From assembly GCF_009914755.1 (NCBI RefSeq), contig NC_060942.1: a stretch of 64,000 bases of DNA, one strand, 5' to 3'. The DNA is from the human T2T-CHM13v2.0 reference genome, Homo sapiens. A program made the translations under genes and the position numbers. A model generated the notes under the pieces. That model did not search any database. It was given only the letters and a program-made list of their open reading frames with translations, and was not told the DNA's origin. Shown here piece by piece: positions 28,949-44,905 of this stretch; the first letter of the stretch is position 1; each line of letters starts with the position of its first letter.

Positions 28949-31584
28949 CATATAGGAACCATGACTGTCTCTAAGTACTGAATTGGATCAACTCATGCTT
29001 ACTGGCAGTTTGAGCTCATTTTATTTTGTTGACCATGGTATCACGGTGGGGAAAAGTAAAATTTCACAGAATATGTCACAAACCGTAAACATTATGGAAA
29101 TTAGTTGAATAATTATATAATCAAACTTGCCAAAGTAAATACAGATCTATGTATGCTCTCTTATTAGGAAACTTTTTGTTAATTAAAGCAAGCAAATGAC
29201 TGCATATTATTATTTTTCAAAGCTATTGTTTAACACTCTCAAAGAATATTAATTAATAAGGGAGAGTATCTGCTATTTAATATTTAGTTTGGAGACCAGA
29301 CATCATGAAGTTACATGTAAACTTGTATCTAATCCCAAAAGTTAGAGTTGTGTTGCTCTGTAAAACGTTAATCAGGTTTGCATCTATGAGCAAATTTATC
29401 TCAGTGTTCTTTTGTGTGCCTGACTACATATGAATTTGTCAAATTCTCCTTTGAATCCATCTTACTGACTCTTTCATTAAGCAATGGGTTGAATGAAAGA
29501 ATTGACATGTATTCATTTTATATTTGTATGAGAGACATGTTTTTGAATTTTTCTGAGAATTGTGCTTTGACTGTTTTGGAGTACCACTGAGATCTCAGCT
29601 GCACTTACCTGCCAAGGCCAACTAATCCATGTTGGCCAAGAAATATAAGTTCTTGCGTTGTTTAAACCCAGACACATCTTTTCTTGGCTCTCTGAGTGAA
29701 TCTCAAGCAGCAGTAGACTCTCTTGCTGACTTTCTGTTTCTCTTTTTAGTTTCCTGTCTGTGTTTTTGTTTTGTTTCTGGTTCTTGGCCTCATTCAGTTC
29801 TGATTCTAGTTTGTGCACAGCCAATGCATTATTTCCCACTGGAGGCCTTGATGGTCTGTATCAGGATGATGGACATCTGCCCTCTGTCAGGGGAGAGACC
29901 AAAGATAATTTTTTTTTGTGTATGTCTCTTTATGTCCCCAAATCAATTAAGAATATATTTTGTACCCACTAAAAAGGAAAACAGCTCTTTGAGACAGAAA
30001 TTGGTGAGGTTTTTGTGTTTCTGTTGACTTTGCAAAACCTGTGGCTCAGATTATGTAAGTGAAATGTGTCTGTGTGTCTATAATTGAGAAAAGCCTTAAC
30101 CTCTCATTGTGTGAATTTGAAAATTTTCCTACCTCTGAGGAGTATTAATAAATTTGAAGATAAAGTCCCTCAAAATAAAGAAGCTTTGTATTGTATTGAT
30201 GTAGTAAATGCTTATGTAAGTAGAACATTCTTTAAATTCCCCCAGAAAATAAACTGAAATTTAAATGTGATAGCATTTTAAGACAAAACAAATTAACTTC
30301 TAGCCCAGAAACATGTTGTATATAATAATCTAAATTCACATAATCAAGATGAACCATTGGACAAATAAGACTGGTTGATAATTTTGATTAAGAAAATAGC
30401 TACATATCTTTCTTGTAATTAGAGTTTAGTATAAGAATTTTTAAAATTTTTAAATAAATTTGCAAAACTTCTTATACAGGTTTATTGATCAAATAAGCTA
30501 ACCCTACTCCTACATTATTTTTTTAAATTTGAAACATATAAAACCATGTTCTACTAAAATTAATTATAAATTTGATAGGCTTTTGGATATAAACAGCAAT
30601 TATGTTCTGATGTTCTGTAGAGTTTCAACCTCAATGTGATTTTCAAAGTCCTTAGTTAACTACAAAAAGTTGGACTAATTTTAAATAGAGTTAATTATTG
30701 GATAATCTTCAGACACCTGGATAATTTCTAAGTAAAAGAGAATACTGAAACCCAAGTACAGTTTTAATATATGTACTTTTGCTTCTTTAATATATTATAG
30801 AGTGGCTACAGTTTTAAATAATATTATTAAATTTGCTCATTCTTGACATTTTAAGAACGCATAAAACTGATGCATGTGGCTACAGGGACTGAGCTTTCCT
30901 GACTAGTTTGCTAAACTGCTTATGTGATAGAAAATTATGAATGACCTATCTCTTGGCAAAATCGAAGTTAGTTTATTTGGTGGAAGTTACATTTAGCATG
31001 GGTAACTGAGATTATACCAGAAACAGAGCATCAGAGGAATACAACTCTGTATGCAAAATTATGAGATATGTTTTTGTTTTCCTAGAAAAATGAGAGCAGT
31101 GTTGACCTAAATGAAAGTGTCAGCTTGTTCTAAACTATAAAACATCACAGAGAAGAACAAAATTTAAGTTTGTCTAGCAAGTTGTAGACATTTTGAGGGA
31201 AGTGAACTTTATTTACCTTGGTTTATAATATCCAAGTCTGAAAATAATGAATTATGTTAAAATTTTGAAAAAGTTTGCACAGCCTTAATGGACTTATTCT
31301 TGTTAATTTGTAAAGAAGCTTGAGAACACTTTACTGCCAGCTAGAAATTAACACAAACAAGTATTCATGCAAACTAGAAAGTCAGTTTCTGTCTGTTGAA
31401 ATGACAACTGATCTTAAAATATTTAGTCTGAACAATGGGTAATAAATGATTATTCTTCACTTCTGTGTAACCTGTCCAAATAGTATTCCATACAGCAGGT
31501 TAATTTTCTGTGCTTTGTGTTGCTTTACAATGTCTTTGATTATCATTAAAACAAATAAAAGTTTGTTCTCATAACAGTGCTAAG

Positions 31585-31950
31585 GTCATCAGAGAATGGA
31601 TTCTGCAGAAGCAGATGCTGAAATACTTTGGTGGGCAGGGCTCAACATCTCCAGGGACAGGGCAGGGCAGAAGCAAGGTAAGGAATTGGCAGAAGTCAAA
31701 CAACGCTGCAGTTCCCAACCCTAGGGGAGCTCCGGAACACAAATGGCTCATCAGAGTATCCAACATTGGACCAAAATGGCCAGGGCTTTATACCCAAGAC
31801 CTGATGGGTCACTGGTTATGGGCCACCCTGGGAGATGTTAGCTGAGCACAGCCCTGAGGGAGTTGATAGTTTAAGGCAGCCTGCCGACAGCTGGGCACCA
31901 AGTGCCTCCATGAACTGGAATCTGGGCAGTTCACTTTCATGCCCGCCACA
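31585..31950 (-). mobile_element. ERVL LTR (LTR16/LTR33-type) nested in the provirus
   Basis: 'gaagcagatgctga', 'ggggagctccggaacacaaatggctcatcagagt', 'ccagggctttataccc'; ends ...ccaca (TGTGG on minus). Confidence 0.7.
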
Positions 31951-32375
31951 ATCTCCTGCAGCCACCTTACCTTCTGCTATGTTTATTTTAAAATATTGTA
32001 CTGTTACCTTGATTCAATAAGTAGCCAACTATTCTACCTCAGGAAGCCCTGGATCTTGCCTAATCAGGTAAGAAATCACTTGTAAAAACTCTTGAGTTAA
32101 CCTTCTCAAGATCAGAACTCAAATTTAGAAAAGGACAAATTTTTACGATACTTTTTATTATTATCTAAAACTAACTTGGAGGTTTTACACTCAGCCCCTG
32201 GATAATCACAAATATGTCTTCTGTTGCCTTATAAAAAGAGGGATGCTAGAAAGCACAGGTATGCTCCATATTTCTCAATGAGCTCAATACTATTGTAAGT
32301 TGTCAAATCAAAGGATAAATGTGTGTGCGTTAAATATTATTAGTAAAACAGTTTCAGGGATTATACTCTTTACAG

Positions 32376-32554
32376 CAGCATTTCTCAAAATGAGGTTCTT
32401 AGACATCATCGTCCAGGACCTTGTTAAAAATGCAAATTATAGAGCCCCATCCCAGGCTTACCAAATGAGAAATTATGAGGATGGGATCCAGCAATCTGTG
32501 TTTTAATAAGTCTTTCAAGTGATACTGATGCCCGATAAAGGGTAAAAACCGCTG
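32376..32554. mobile_element. MER5A hAT-Charlie element nested in the provirus
   Basis: cagcatttctcaaa...aaaaccgctg termini; 8-bp TSD ctttacag / ccttacag. Confidence 0.85.
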
Positions 32555-33914
32555 CCTTACAGAATAGATGGAAAGGCCCTGGAAATGTGTTAATATCCTT
32601 ACTGTCCACTATGTTTTCTTATCCTCAGGAGAAACATTGGTCAAATCCTCATGAAAATGTTATGCAATTTACTGAAATAGAGAATTTTATACTCTTGCGT
32701 TTTTTATATTATTGGTTACTGTGATAAATCAATTACAGCATTTAGATTCATTACCAATCAGGTTTTTCTGTCCTACCCTGGATGCTTGCCTGAAGACTCT
32801 GCTATATATAAACCACAGGCTTGAATTTTTATCTTCGTCAAAAGGCAGTCTCAATAACTCATTGGAAGGTCTGTACCAGTGATTTTAAGGCAAAGACTCA
32901 GGGGTCAGAGTTTAGAACTTAAAGATGACATTACTTAAGCAACTAACTTTTCCTGAAGACAAAGCCAGGATTTGCAAAACAAGTTTTTTTACTCCAGAAG
33001 GAGACAATTTCTTGAAAGTAAAACAAAAATTAATTACATCAAACTAAATGAAACAATGGAAAACATTTAAATGTAGTTATTTATTTTGGAATACATTTAG
33101 TATTAGGTTTAAAGTTCTATTATTTAATCAGTATATAAGAAAGCTCTTTTTCTTTGTTTTAGATCTATTTCTACTCATAATTTAGGAGACTATGCTTTTC
33201 CCAATTGAAATGAAATATTTGGTAAATGACATCTGATTCCCCTCGGAATTCAAATACTTCTACGGAGTCTTCTTATTTTTAATGAAAATGTGGTTATTTG
33301 CATGTTTTCAATGAGAGTCTGTCCACCTTCTTACTAGAGTATCATTGCAAAAATTAATTGTGCAACCAGGACCATAATTGGTGTTTTGTATTTGAGAATG
33401 ATTCTTATTTGATATGGTTTCACAAGCTCACCATTAAAGAATAAGGATTGCACATGATGTGTGCAGCCAATAACTACAAGGCCCTCCTAGGAAAATTGGC
33501 CTGGAACTTGTTTCATTGTCTGGAAGATTCCAGACTCAAAGGGGCAAGGAATGTTATTTATTGCTATTCAGAATCTTATAAAATACTGGGAATATTTATG
33601 AGGTAGGATTTCACTCTGACTTACAGGTACCACATGTGAAGTTTCACAGAAGGCATTTCTTGATCTTGGTTTTCTACACTCAGGATAAAAGAACAAATAA
33701 TAGAGGCTTTTAAAAGTCCAAGACAAGATTTTTCTAGAAAATGTTCATGTAGAAGTTAATTTTCTTGTCTTAGTTTATGAAATACAGTATGCTTGAAGAG
33801 CCTTATATTGTGAATTTATGCTTCTTACTGTACCTACGTAAATAATCAGGTCAAAATTAAATGAGGGTAGCCTTTTTATGTTGTCAGGAATAATTTTAGA
33901 GGGATAACTATAAG

Positions 33915-35185
<1,271 letters not shown>

Positions 35186-35271
35186 ACTTTAGAGACTAGT
35201 TATGATCATGGTAGGGGTAGGGGTACAGTTGAGAAAATTGTTCCAAATTAGAAGTAAAGTTTAAGGATAAC

Positions 35272-35619
35272 TAATATGGTTTGGCTCTGTGTCCCCACTC
35301 AGATCTCACCTTGATTTGTAATCCCCACATGTAGAGGGAGGGAGGTGATTGGATCATGAAGGTAGTTTCCCACATGCTGTTCTCATGATAGTGAGTGAGT
35401 TGTCATAGATCTGATGGTTTTATAAGTCTTTGAAAGTTCCTTCTTTGTTCCTCTCTCCTGCCGCCTTGTGAAGAAGGTGCCTGCTTCCCCTTCTGCCATA
35501 ATTGTTAAGTTTTCTGAGACCTCCCCAGCCATGCGGAACTGTCAATTAAACCTCTTTCCTTTATAAATTACCCAGTCTCAAGGAGGTTCCTAGTAGCAGT
35601 GTGAAAATGGACTAATACA
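35272..35619 (+). mobile_element. THE1D-like MaLR solo LTR inserted in the 3' LTR of the provirus
   Basis: taatatggtttggctctgtgtcccc...ggactaataca; TSD ataac / atagc. Confidence 0.9.
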
Positions 35620-38520
35620 ATAGCTACATGTTCTTTCAGTATCATTGTTTAATTATAGATTATATAAATATCAAGGAGAATGCACCTATATTTAATTATG
35701 TTATTTAATATTTTTAATTAGAGTCCAAAGACTCTGAAATTACACGATAATTTATAGAGTTCTGTGGAGTAGAAAAGATAACCCAGTTCTTTACTTTGTA
35801 TGTCATTAACCATTTTTAAAATCTATTCACAAAAATTTCTTACAGCGTTTCTTTGACTGCCTGACTATATAAACTTATATACTTAAATTCTCCTTCGAAC
35901 CAGACTTGCCATCTAACTGGTTTCCTCATCAATTAATGAGTTGCATGTCGTTTTAGGTTTGGTTTTACCACATTATTCTGAGCATATTCAGAATAGGTCA
36001 ACATGCTACCAAATTAATTATGAAAAATTTATCACTTTTCAGCATTTGTTGGATTTTGGCGGGCAAATTAGGGGATTGTGAACCTATAATTTCTATTGCC
36101 ATCAAAAACTACATTTACTCAGCTGTAGGGGACTCATGTCAAAGATAATAAAAAAAAGGAGTGTGAATCCTCAGAAATGATTCATAATTTAGTATCTTAG
36201 AGTGCAATCTAATGTGACTCATTTCTTTGAGGAGAGTAACAGAGTTGCAAATGTCACATCCCCAAAATAATGGCAAATAATCTGTGATTCACGTTTAGAA
36301 AGACTTCATACTCAAGATCCCTAACCATAAAATTTAAAAAACAGCAAACAAAACTGAAGAAAACATGAAAGTTATAAATAAAACTTTCTTAAATTTAAAA
36401 TAGGTGAATTTTCCTATAGTAATACTTCATGGCAAATATAAACCTCTGCATAATATCACAAATCTTTTGCAGTCTTTGAATAAGTAGAATACTTAAAACC
36501 AACACATTCAGAGAAAATAAATGCCAATTTATTCACGGCAAGATTGAAAAAGGCTTATAAAGACATGAGTAATGTAACTTTTAATGAACAAGAATGATCT
36601 CAACATTAGGCATAATAATTAGAGTCTAAGCTCTTAAAATATGGCTATGTTTAGATAAACAGAAACAGATAAACACAAGTGCAAGGGTTACTACAATGAA
36701 AATTCTATTGTACATTATTTCTTAGGATTTTTGTAACTTTTATGCAATGTTTTGAATATTGAAGACTTTGATTTAAATTTTAAAACATTAATTAAAGTTT
36801 CTTAACTTTCTCCCTAGCAAAAACTTCTCATTTTTTGTTTGTTTGTTTGTTTTTAGGACAGAACTAAGAGAAAGGCAGAGATTCATGGCTTTTTAAAATG
36901 GTATTTATGGTTATTCCCTCCTCCACCTCATCCCTAACTTACCGGAAGACAAAATGACATGGGAAGAAGAGGAAAGTTGTTAGAAGGGGAGCTCTAGACA
37001 GCCAGGAAAGCTGGAGTCACAAGTGGACAAGGAGACCCATGGAAGCGACTCATGATAGAAATGGTTCTCCTTTGGTCATCTGCAAACTTTACCCAACAAT
37101 GGTATCTCCTGGTATCGTATGAAATAAAACCAGAAGTCTGGTATTTTGGTCCCAGCTGTTAAGACTTCTGCCTGGATTAAGCCTTCTTTTCCATCTCTCT
37201 GAGGGGCCACCCTGCTCAGATTTCTCACACTTGGGCAACCTGCCTTGATATGTGAATCTTACTTAGGAAAACAGACAATTTTCTCTGGTCACTATCTCAG
37301 CCCACAAGGGAGATTTAGCATTTTTAGTCGACCCTCTTCTGCCACAATCCTAGAAGCTTGCAAATATGAATTTATATCTGTAGATATATATCATCTATCT
37401 ATCCACCCATCCATCTATCTAAATGTATATTCTAACTATCACAAATATGTTTCCACTGTGTAATTTTCGCATAACAATCTACACACATAAATAAGATACA
37501 CATAGTATTTCAGAACTCATTTGATTCACTGTGAAATCTAAAGGTAGGGAAACCTTTACTGAGTGAAGGTTTCTCTTAAAAGCCATCTCTCCCAAAACTA
37601 ATCCCATCAAAAAATGTAACAGACTATATCAATTTTAACAACAGTAATGAATATTTATGGAATGCTTAATAAATTATTTATTATTTGAAAAACTGTTATA
37701 CACAGAACCTTTTAACACTATGGGGAAAATCTTACAAATAAGCATTAGTCATCTTCCATATGCGTTAAGAGTAAGCTGTTTTGCATGTGTTGCAATTTAC
37801 CTTTCCTCTAAAAATAGAATAAGAAAACTTTCAGGCTAAAGATAACACTAATGAATAATTAAATATACAATAAGAAATCTGTGGCTTTAAAATACACTTT
37901 ACATGTAATACATGTACACATTTAATACATCATAAGAATATAATCAAAATACATTATTCTCATCAGTCTGTATAAATTGAGGATTTGTAGGGAAAGGGGA
38001 TGGTTCTCCCTGACCACCTCCCCATCCTCAATTTTTCTACACACTGTGCATTAATTGGTCTCCTCCAACTGGTATCACTCTTCTTGATATCCCCATTTCC
38101 TGTTTTCCATCAAGAAGACAAGGCTTGGCATTTAATTATTTTATTAGTTCATGTAAGTTAGTTACCCTGGATAAATGGTCAGTGTGACCTCAAATGTGCA
38201 ACAGATTCTTAAACAGGCTGGGGAGAAGCAGCAGAGACGAAAAGAAAGAGTAAAATAATGTTTGACAAAATAACAAGAAAATTCAGTGATTTTCCATAGT
38301 GAAGGAGGCGTTCAAGGCCTATAGACTTGGAAACTGCTTTCCAGATATCAAAGAACAAGATGAACTCCACAACTACTAAAACTGCAACATGTACAGGAAA
38401 ATCAGAATAGAGACCAGAGTGCAGTGACATTATTCTCATGTAGAAATAAAATCCTTTGGAATATGCATTATAAAAGCATAGAGCTCCTTCAGGTCCAGAA
38501 TTCCAAAAATCTATGCATCA

Positions 38521-38864
<344 letters not shown>

Positions 38865-39616
38865 CTATCAAATGTTAACTTGGTAGTTGAATTTCAGAAT
38901 CTTCAGGCCAAGGAGCCTGAGAAATCTACAGTCAGTGCAAAGAATCTGATGCCGGGTAACTGCTGTTTCAAAGCAAATGTGGCTGTAACAGAGCAGACTC
39001 TTGAATTGTTACCCAAAGAGGGTAACAACCTAGATAGATCCAGGATGATGAAAAAGGCATGTCCCAGGCAGGTCCTGGGCAGAAATGGTGGTCTTGGCTG
39101 CTTGTGGCTGGTAAACTCATTTGATGAAGAACTAGACGTTAGCATTAGAACCATGCTGCATATATTCTAGGAGCAATTACTCTGTCTCTACAAGATAAAT
39201 GACAAGTGCAAATGTGACACATTAATACTGAAATTACCCTGGATTCCAGCCACCCCAACCCACCTCAACTCCATCACACCAGCCTTGGCACAGTCTCCTT
39301 TTGTTATTTCTAAAAATCACCAAGAGTGTTACATAACTCAAAAAGAAGTTCACTCACATTCTCTCCTGACTTCTTGACAAGGTGTTTTATCCCGGGCTGC
39401 CTACCCTGCCTCTTGGAATGCAGCACTAACAGAAACTTCTGCCCCTTCCCAGATGCTGTTCTGACCCTTCAGATGGTCAAAACTGACTGCTCTATGGTCA
39501 AGTGGGTGTTTGCCTCTCATACAGTTAGAGCTGTTTCCCATACATTTGCAACCCCTCTCCTCATTGCCTGATACTTCAGATGGCTCTCCTCTCTGCTCCA
39601 TCTTCCACTGGGATAT

Positions 39617-40066
39617 GTGTGGTAGACTGCTTGCAAAAATGGCACCAACTCTCCAACCCCCACTTCTGTGGAGTCAATTTCCCCCCTTGAATATGGGCTA
39701 GCTGTGCAATTAGCTTGACAAACAGAATGTAGCGGAAGTGACATGTGCCTTACCTACATTGGTTTCTCAGAATTCTACAACCATCAAGAGAAAAAAACCC
39801 AGCTAGCCTGCAGGAGGATGAGAGACCATATGGGTCAGTCACCCCCATCAGCTCAGGGGACAGCCAGCCAGCTCCCAGAAGCAAGGCTGCCTAGCTGGCC
39901 TGTAGCTCCCGACAGATGCATGAAGCAACCTGGCCAATATCAGAACCACCCAGCTGGGACCAGCCTAAATTGCTGACCCCCAGGGTCCTGAACCCAATAA
40001 ACGGTTGTTATTTTAAGCCATTAAAATTGGTGGTGGTTTGTTATATAGCAATACATAATTAATACA
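39617..40066 (+). mobile_element. MLT1 (G/H-like) MaLR LTR
   Basis: 'tggtagactgcttgcaaaaatggc', 'aacagaatgtagcggaagtgac', 'agaaccacccagctg...gcctaaattgctgacc...aataaacggttgttattttaagcca'. Confidence 0.85.
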
Positions 40067-40159
40067 ATATGCTATCCATGACAAATTGTCCACATAGAGG
40101 TTAGCTCTGTGATCAATTAACTTTCTACATAGCAGAAATATTTGACTCTCCTGTGATAT

Positions 40160-40295
40160 GTAATAGTATATTAGCATATTAAAATAATATATTATATTGT
40201 AATATTATAATACTGCACTGTATTACATTATATTATTATGCTATTGTACTATATTATATCAAATTATGTTGCATTGCATTACATTATTATATGTT
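40160..40295. repeat. AT-rich degenerate (TATTA/CATTA)n low-complexity tract
   Basis: Read directly. Confidence 0.7.
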
Positions 40296-40529
40296 CCTCC
40301 TTTTCTGAGGGCAGATATTCCAAGGGAAGCTATGTCAGTGATGGGGAGGAATGGGAAAGGGGGCATTAAAGCTAGTGGAAAACACTGTCCCTTCCCTCAG
40401 CTACAGCTTGCTTCTCAGTCTGACCTGCCCTGCTAAACTTCATTCTCTCTCATGATTTTCCCTAAGGAACACCTCAGTGTAGCTTTCACTGAGGCTCCGG
40501 TTCTTTCAGATACACCTGCCAATACTTCC

Positions 40530-40790
40530 ATCACTTAGGATCCCTCAAATGCAAGTACTTACATTGGCTGTCATAAATAGTGAGAAAATATATTTTCTCA
40601 CATACCATGAAATCCAGATGTAGACAGCTCCAGGGTTGCTTAATTAAGTGGCTCTGTGACATCACTAAGAATTCATCTTTCTGCCCAATTGTTTGCAATT
40701 CGTCAGTTTTGCCCTCATCATTGCTCTCTCCTGGGTGCAAAAGTAATGCTGCAATTACATAGACATCAGATCTAGACACGAGAGCATCTC
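40530..40790 (-). mobile_element. Old MLT1 (J/K-like) LTR fragment
   Basis: 'ctcacataccatgaaatccagatgtagacagctccagggttg...gtggctctgtgacatcac'. Confidence 0.55.
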
Positions 40791-40989
40791 TTCCTAAATG
40801 TGCATAAAATTATCTCTCTCTCTCTCTCTCTTTTTTTTTTTATAGAGAACTTCCTCCTAGAGTTTGAACTAGGGATTCCCTTAGAAAGCCTGCCTAGCTG
40901 TAGTGCTATATGGAACTGTCCAGCCACATTCTTAGGTTGTGTTGGATGCACTCTTGCCTGACCCTGAAGTTCTCTTTTTCTTGTCTTAC

Positions 40990-42400
40990 TGACTCATTGT
41001 GGTTGTGTGTATCTTTCTACAGTATCCTGAGAAAGGGTATGGGGGAAGTAAATGTTTAGAGTTCTTGCATGTTTGAAATGTCTTTCATTTCACATTTGAT
41101 ATGATATGGCTTGGTTCTGTGTCCCCACCCAAATCTCACATCAAATTGTCATTCCCAACGTTGGAACAGGGGCCTGGTGGGAGGTAACTGAATCATAGGA
41201 ACAGACTTGCTGTTCTCATGGTAGAGTTCTCTAGAGATCTAGTTGTTTAGCACCTCTAGAGATCTAGAGTGTGTAGTACCTTTCCATTCACTTTCTCACT
41301 CTCTCTCTCTCTCTCTCTCCCGCCGACCACGTGAAGATTTGCTTGCTTCTCCTTTGCCTTCGGCCATGATTGTTAAGTTTCCTGAGGCCTCCCCAGGAGC
41401 AGAAGCTTGAACAGCCCATAGGACCATGAATCTATTAAACCTCTTTTCTTTATAAATTACCTAGACTTAGGTATGTCTTTATAGTAGTGTAAAAATGGAC
41501 TAATACATGATATCAGTTTGGTTGTGAATAGAATCTGAGGTTAAAAATAGTTTTTCACCAGGATTTGAAGGTATCACTCATACTTTCCACCTCCAGGTTG
41601 ATGCCATATTTTTTTCCCCACTTACTGTATTTGCCTTTTTTTAGTTTTCTTGCTGTAAGTTTTCATCCCTAATCTTTTAATATTATATAATGAAGTTCCT
41701 TAATATAAGTCTCTTTATATTCCTTATAGTACATGCTCTGTGGGCCTTTCACTTTTGGGAAATTTTCTTCAATTATTTTTTAGCTGATTTTCTCTCATTT
41801 TTTTTACTGTTCTCTCTTTTAACCTATTAGTCAGATATTAGATGTCCTAGTGAATACCATAAATACCTCATGTTTCTGTTCTATGATGCAATTCTCTTTA
41901 TGTTGTTTTCTATTTCAGCTTTAATTTTGTTATTTCAGCTTCTTTTCTCTGATTTTCCCCTTTTTATCACTGGAGCATCTTCACAGATTTTATATCTCCT
42001 ATAATATTTTTATAATTTTTAAACTTTTAAAAATTATTCTCTTCATTGTCTCTGTTGCCTGTAATTTACTCCTGTGTTTATTTTAGTGAGTTTTCATTTT
42101 GGAGGTTTTCTTTAAATATCTCCTGGTTTTTTGATATCTGTATATACTTTAGAATGAGGCACTGAAAACCTGGTTTGATGTCCTGGTTTTTTCTTTTTTT
42201 TTGACCAATTTTTTGGACTATGGATTATTTTACTTATAAGACACTCAGGATATGAACTGGATTTCTTTTGGAAGACCTCCAACTGTCCATATTTACTATT
42301 TCCTATAGATGTTGAGTTTCTTACGAGAAAAACCTTCCAAATTTCTACCCAGGAGTATGAGTTACAGAAACAGTAGATGAAGGAAGTTGGAGAAGCTGCC
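40990..42400 (-). mobile_element. HAL1/old L1M fragment, interrupted by MST
   Basis: 'aaagggtatgggggaagtaaatgtttagagttcttgcatgtttgaaatgtcttt' resumes after the LTR as 'agtttggttgtgaatagaatctgaggtt...tttgaaggtatcactc'; T-rich antisense composition. Confidence 0.65.
41102..41507 (+). mobile_element. MSTA/MSTB MaLR solo LTR
   Basis: tgatatgg...ggactaataca termini; perfect TSD tgata (41097-41101, 41508-41512). Confidence 0.92.
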
Positions 42401-42866
42401 ATTCAGTATATAGACTTAATCTCAAACTGTTCCCTCAAGAGAGGGCATCAATAAAACAGCCCATCACACAGAAAAGTGACCAATATCTCTCTGTAGTGAC
42501 CCACATTACCCAAGTTACTTTAAGATTTGGATAAATAATCTTTGCTTCCCTTATGTTTCCAATAGTATCTGTTGTGAACTGAGTTTTGTCCTCCCAAAAT
42601 TTGTATGTTGAAGGCCTAACCCCTAGCTTCTCAGAATATAATTGCATAGTCATGTGTTGCTTAATGATGGACATGCTTTCTGAGAAATGCATGACTGGGC
42701 CATTTTATTATTGTGCAAACATCACAGAATGCACTTACACCAACCCAAGTGTATGGTCTACTATACACCCGGGCTATGTGGAATAGCCTATTGTTCCTAG
42801 GCTATAAACCTGTATAGTATAGGACTGTACTGAATACTGTAGGCAAGTATAACACAAAAGTAAATA

Positions 42867-43210
42867 CATTCATCCCTGGATATCCATGGGGGATTGGTTT
42901 CAGGACCTCCCATGGATACCAAAATCTGCAGATGCTAGAGTCTTTAATATAAAATGGCATAGTAGTTGCATATAACCTATGCATATCCTCTTGTATACAG
43001 TACTTAAATCATTTCTAGATTACTTCTAATACCTAACAAAATATACATGCTATCTAAGTACTTTTTATACTATATTGTCTAGGGAATAATGACAGGAAAA
43101 AATGTTTGTACATGTTCAGTATAGATGAAATTTTATGTTTTTCAAATATTTGTGATCTCCATTTGGTTGAATACACAGATGCAGAACCCATGAATCCAGG
43201 GGACTGATGG
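42867..43210. mobile_element. MER2 (Tigger family) nested in Tigger3b
   Basis: 'tatccatgggggattggtttcaggacctcccatggataccaaaatc...ttggttgaatacacagatgcagaacccatg'. Confidence 0.88.
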
Positions 43211-43290
43211 TATTTGTGTACCTAAACATATGTAAACATAGAAAAGGCACAGTAAAAATATGGTATAGAAGATTAAAAGTGGTACACCTA

Positions 43291-43672
43291 TGATATGATT
43301 TGGCTCTGTATCCTTACCCAAATCTCTTCTCAAATTGTGATCCCTACATGTTGAGGGAGGGACCTGTAATCCCCATGTGTCAAGGGAGGGAGGTGACTGG
43401 ATCATGGGGGTGGTTTCCCTCAGGCTGTTCTCATGATAGTGAGTGAGTTCTCCTGAGATCTGATGGTTTTATAAATGGTAGTTTTTCCTGCACTCACGTG
43501 CTCACTCTCTTCTGCTGCCATATAAGATGTGCCTGCTTCCCCTTCTGCCATGATTATGTTTCCTGAGGCCTTCCAAGCCATGCAGAACTGTGAGTCAATT
43601 AAGCCTCTTTCCTTTATAAATGACCCAGTCTCAGATAGTATCTTTATAGCAGTGTGAGAATGGACTAATACA
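43291..43672 (+). mobile_element. THE1D/MSTA-like solo LTR nested in Tigger3b
   Basis: tgatatg...ggactaataca termini; perfect TSD accta (43286-43290, 43673-43677). Confidence 0.92.
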
Positions 43673-44905
43673 ACCTATATAGGACATTTACCATGAGTTG
43701 AGCTTGCAGGATTGGAAGTTGCTCTGGGTGTGTCAGTGAGTGAGCGGTGAGTGAATGCAGTGGATTAGGACATCACTGCATACTAACATAGACTTTATAA
43801 ACACTCTACACTTAGGCTACACTAAATTTATACACAAATATTTTTCCTTATTCAGTAATGAATTGACTTTACTGAAACTTTTTTATTTTATAAACTTTTA
43901 AATTTTTTTAACTTGTTGACTTTCGTAATAATACTTAGCTTAAGCACGAACACATTAAACAGCTGTACAAAATAATTTATATCCTCATTCTATAAACTTT
44001 CTTCTATTTACATTTTTTTAACTTTTTAAACATTTTTGTTAAAAACTAAGACACAAACACACACATTAGTCTAGGCCTACGCAGGGTCAGGATTGTCAAT
44101 ATTACCGTCTTCCAACTCCGTATCTTATTCCACTGGAAGGTCTTCAGGGGAAATAACATACATGGAGCTGTCATCTCCTATGATAACAGTACCTTCTTCT
44201 GGACTATCTCCTGAAGGACATACCTGAGCCTGTTTTACAGTTAACTTTTTTTTAAGTAGAATGAGTACACTCTAAAATAACTAAAAAGTATAATAGAGTA
44301 AATACATAAGCCAGTAATAGTCACTTATTAATATTTTCAAGTATTATGTGCTGTAAGTAATTGTACTTGCTATACTTTTATACACCAGCAGTGCAGTAGG
44401 TTTGTTTCCACCAGCATCACCACAATATATGAGTAATGCATCGCACTAAGACCTTATACCGATAGGAATTTTTTAGACCCATTATAATCTTATGTAATTG
44501 CTGTCATATAAGTGGTCCCTCATTGACCAAAAGGTCATTATGTGGTTCATGACCATGTGGAGAGAGGGCCTTCAAACAAGTAATTAAGTTAAAATGAGGT
44601 CATTAAGTTAAAATGAGGCCATCAGCTGGGCCCTAATCCAATCTGATTGATTTCCTTATAAAAAGAGATTAGGACATAGAAACACAGAGATAGTAGACCA
44701 TGGAAAACACAGAGAGAAGACGGTGATCTCTAAGCCAAGGAGAGAGGCCTTAGGAGAATTCAACCCTGCTGACACCTTGATTTTGGACTTCCATTCTCCA
44801 GAACTATGAGAAAATACTTCTGTGGTTTAGGCCACCCAGTCTGTGGCATTTTGTTATGGCAGGCCTTGCACACCAATACAGTACCTAAAATGTACATAAA
44901 GGTTG

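Larger units (their letters stand above)
42648..44555. mobile_element. Tigger3b (Golem/MER7-type) DNA transposon, itself interrupted
   Basis: 'agtcatgtgttgcttaatgatgg...ttctgagaaatgc', 'ctgtactgaatactgtaggcaa', 'ggaagttgctctgggtgtgtcagtgagtgag'; end 'ttatgtggttcatgac'. Confidence 0.88.
42570..44880 (+). mobile_element. MLT1B-like LTR split by a Tigger3 insertion (pieces 42570-42645 and 44556-44880)
   Basis: 'gtcctcccaaaatttgtatgttgaaggcctaacccc' continues as 'ttaagttaaaatgagg...gggccctaatccaat...ccctgctgacaccttgatttt'; TSD gtatc / gtacc. Confidence 0.85.
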
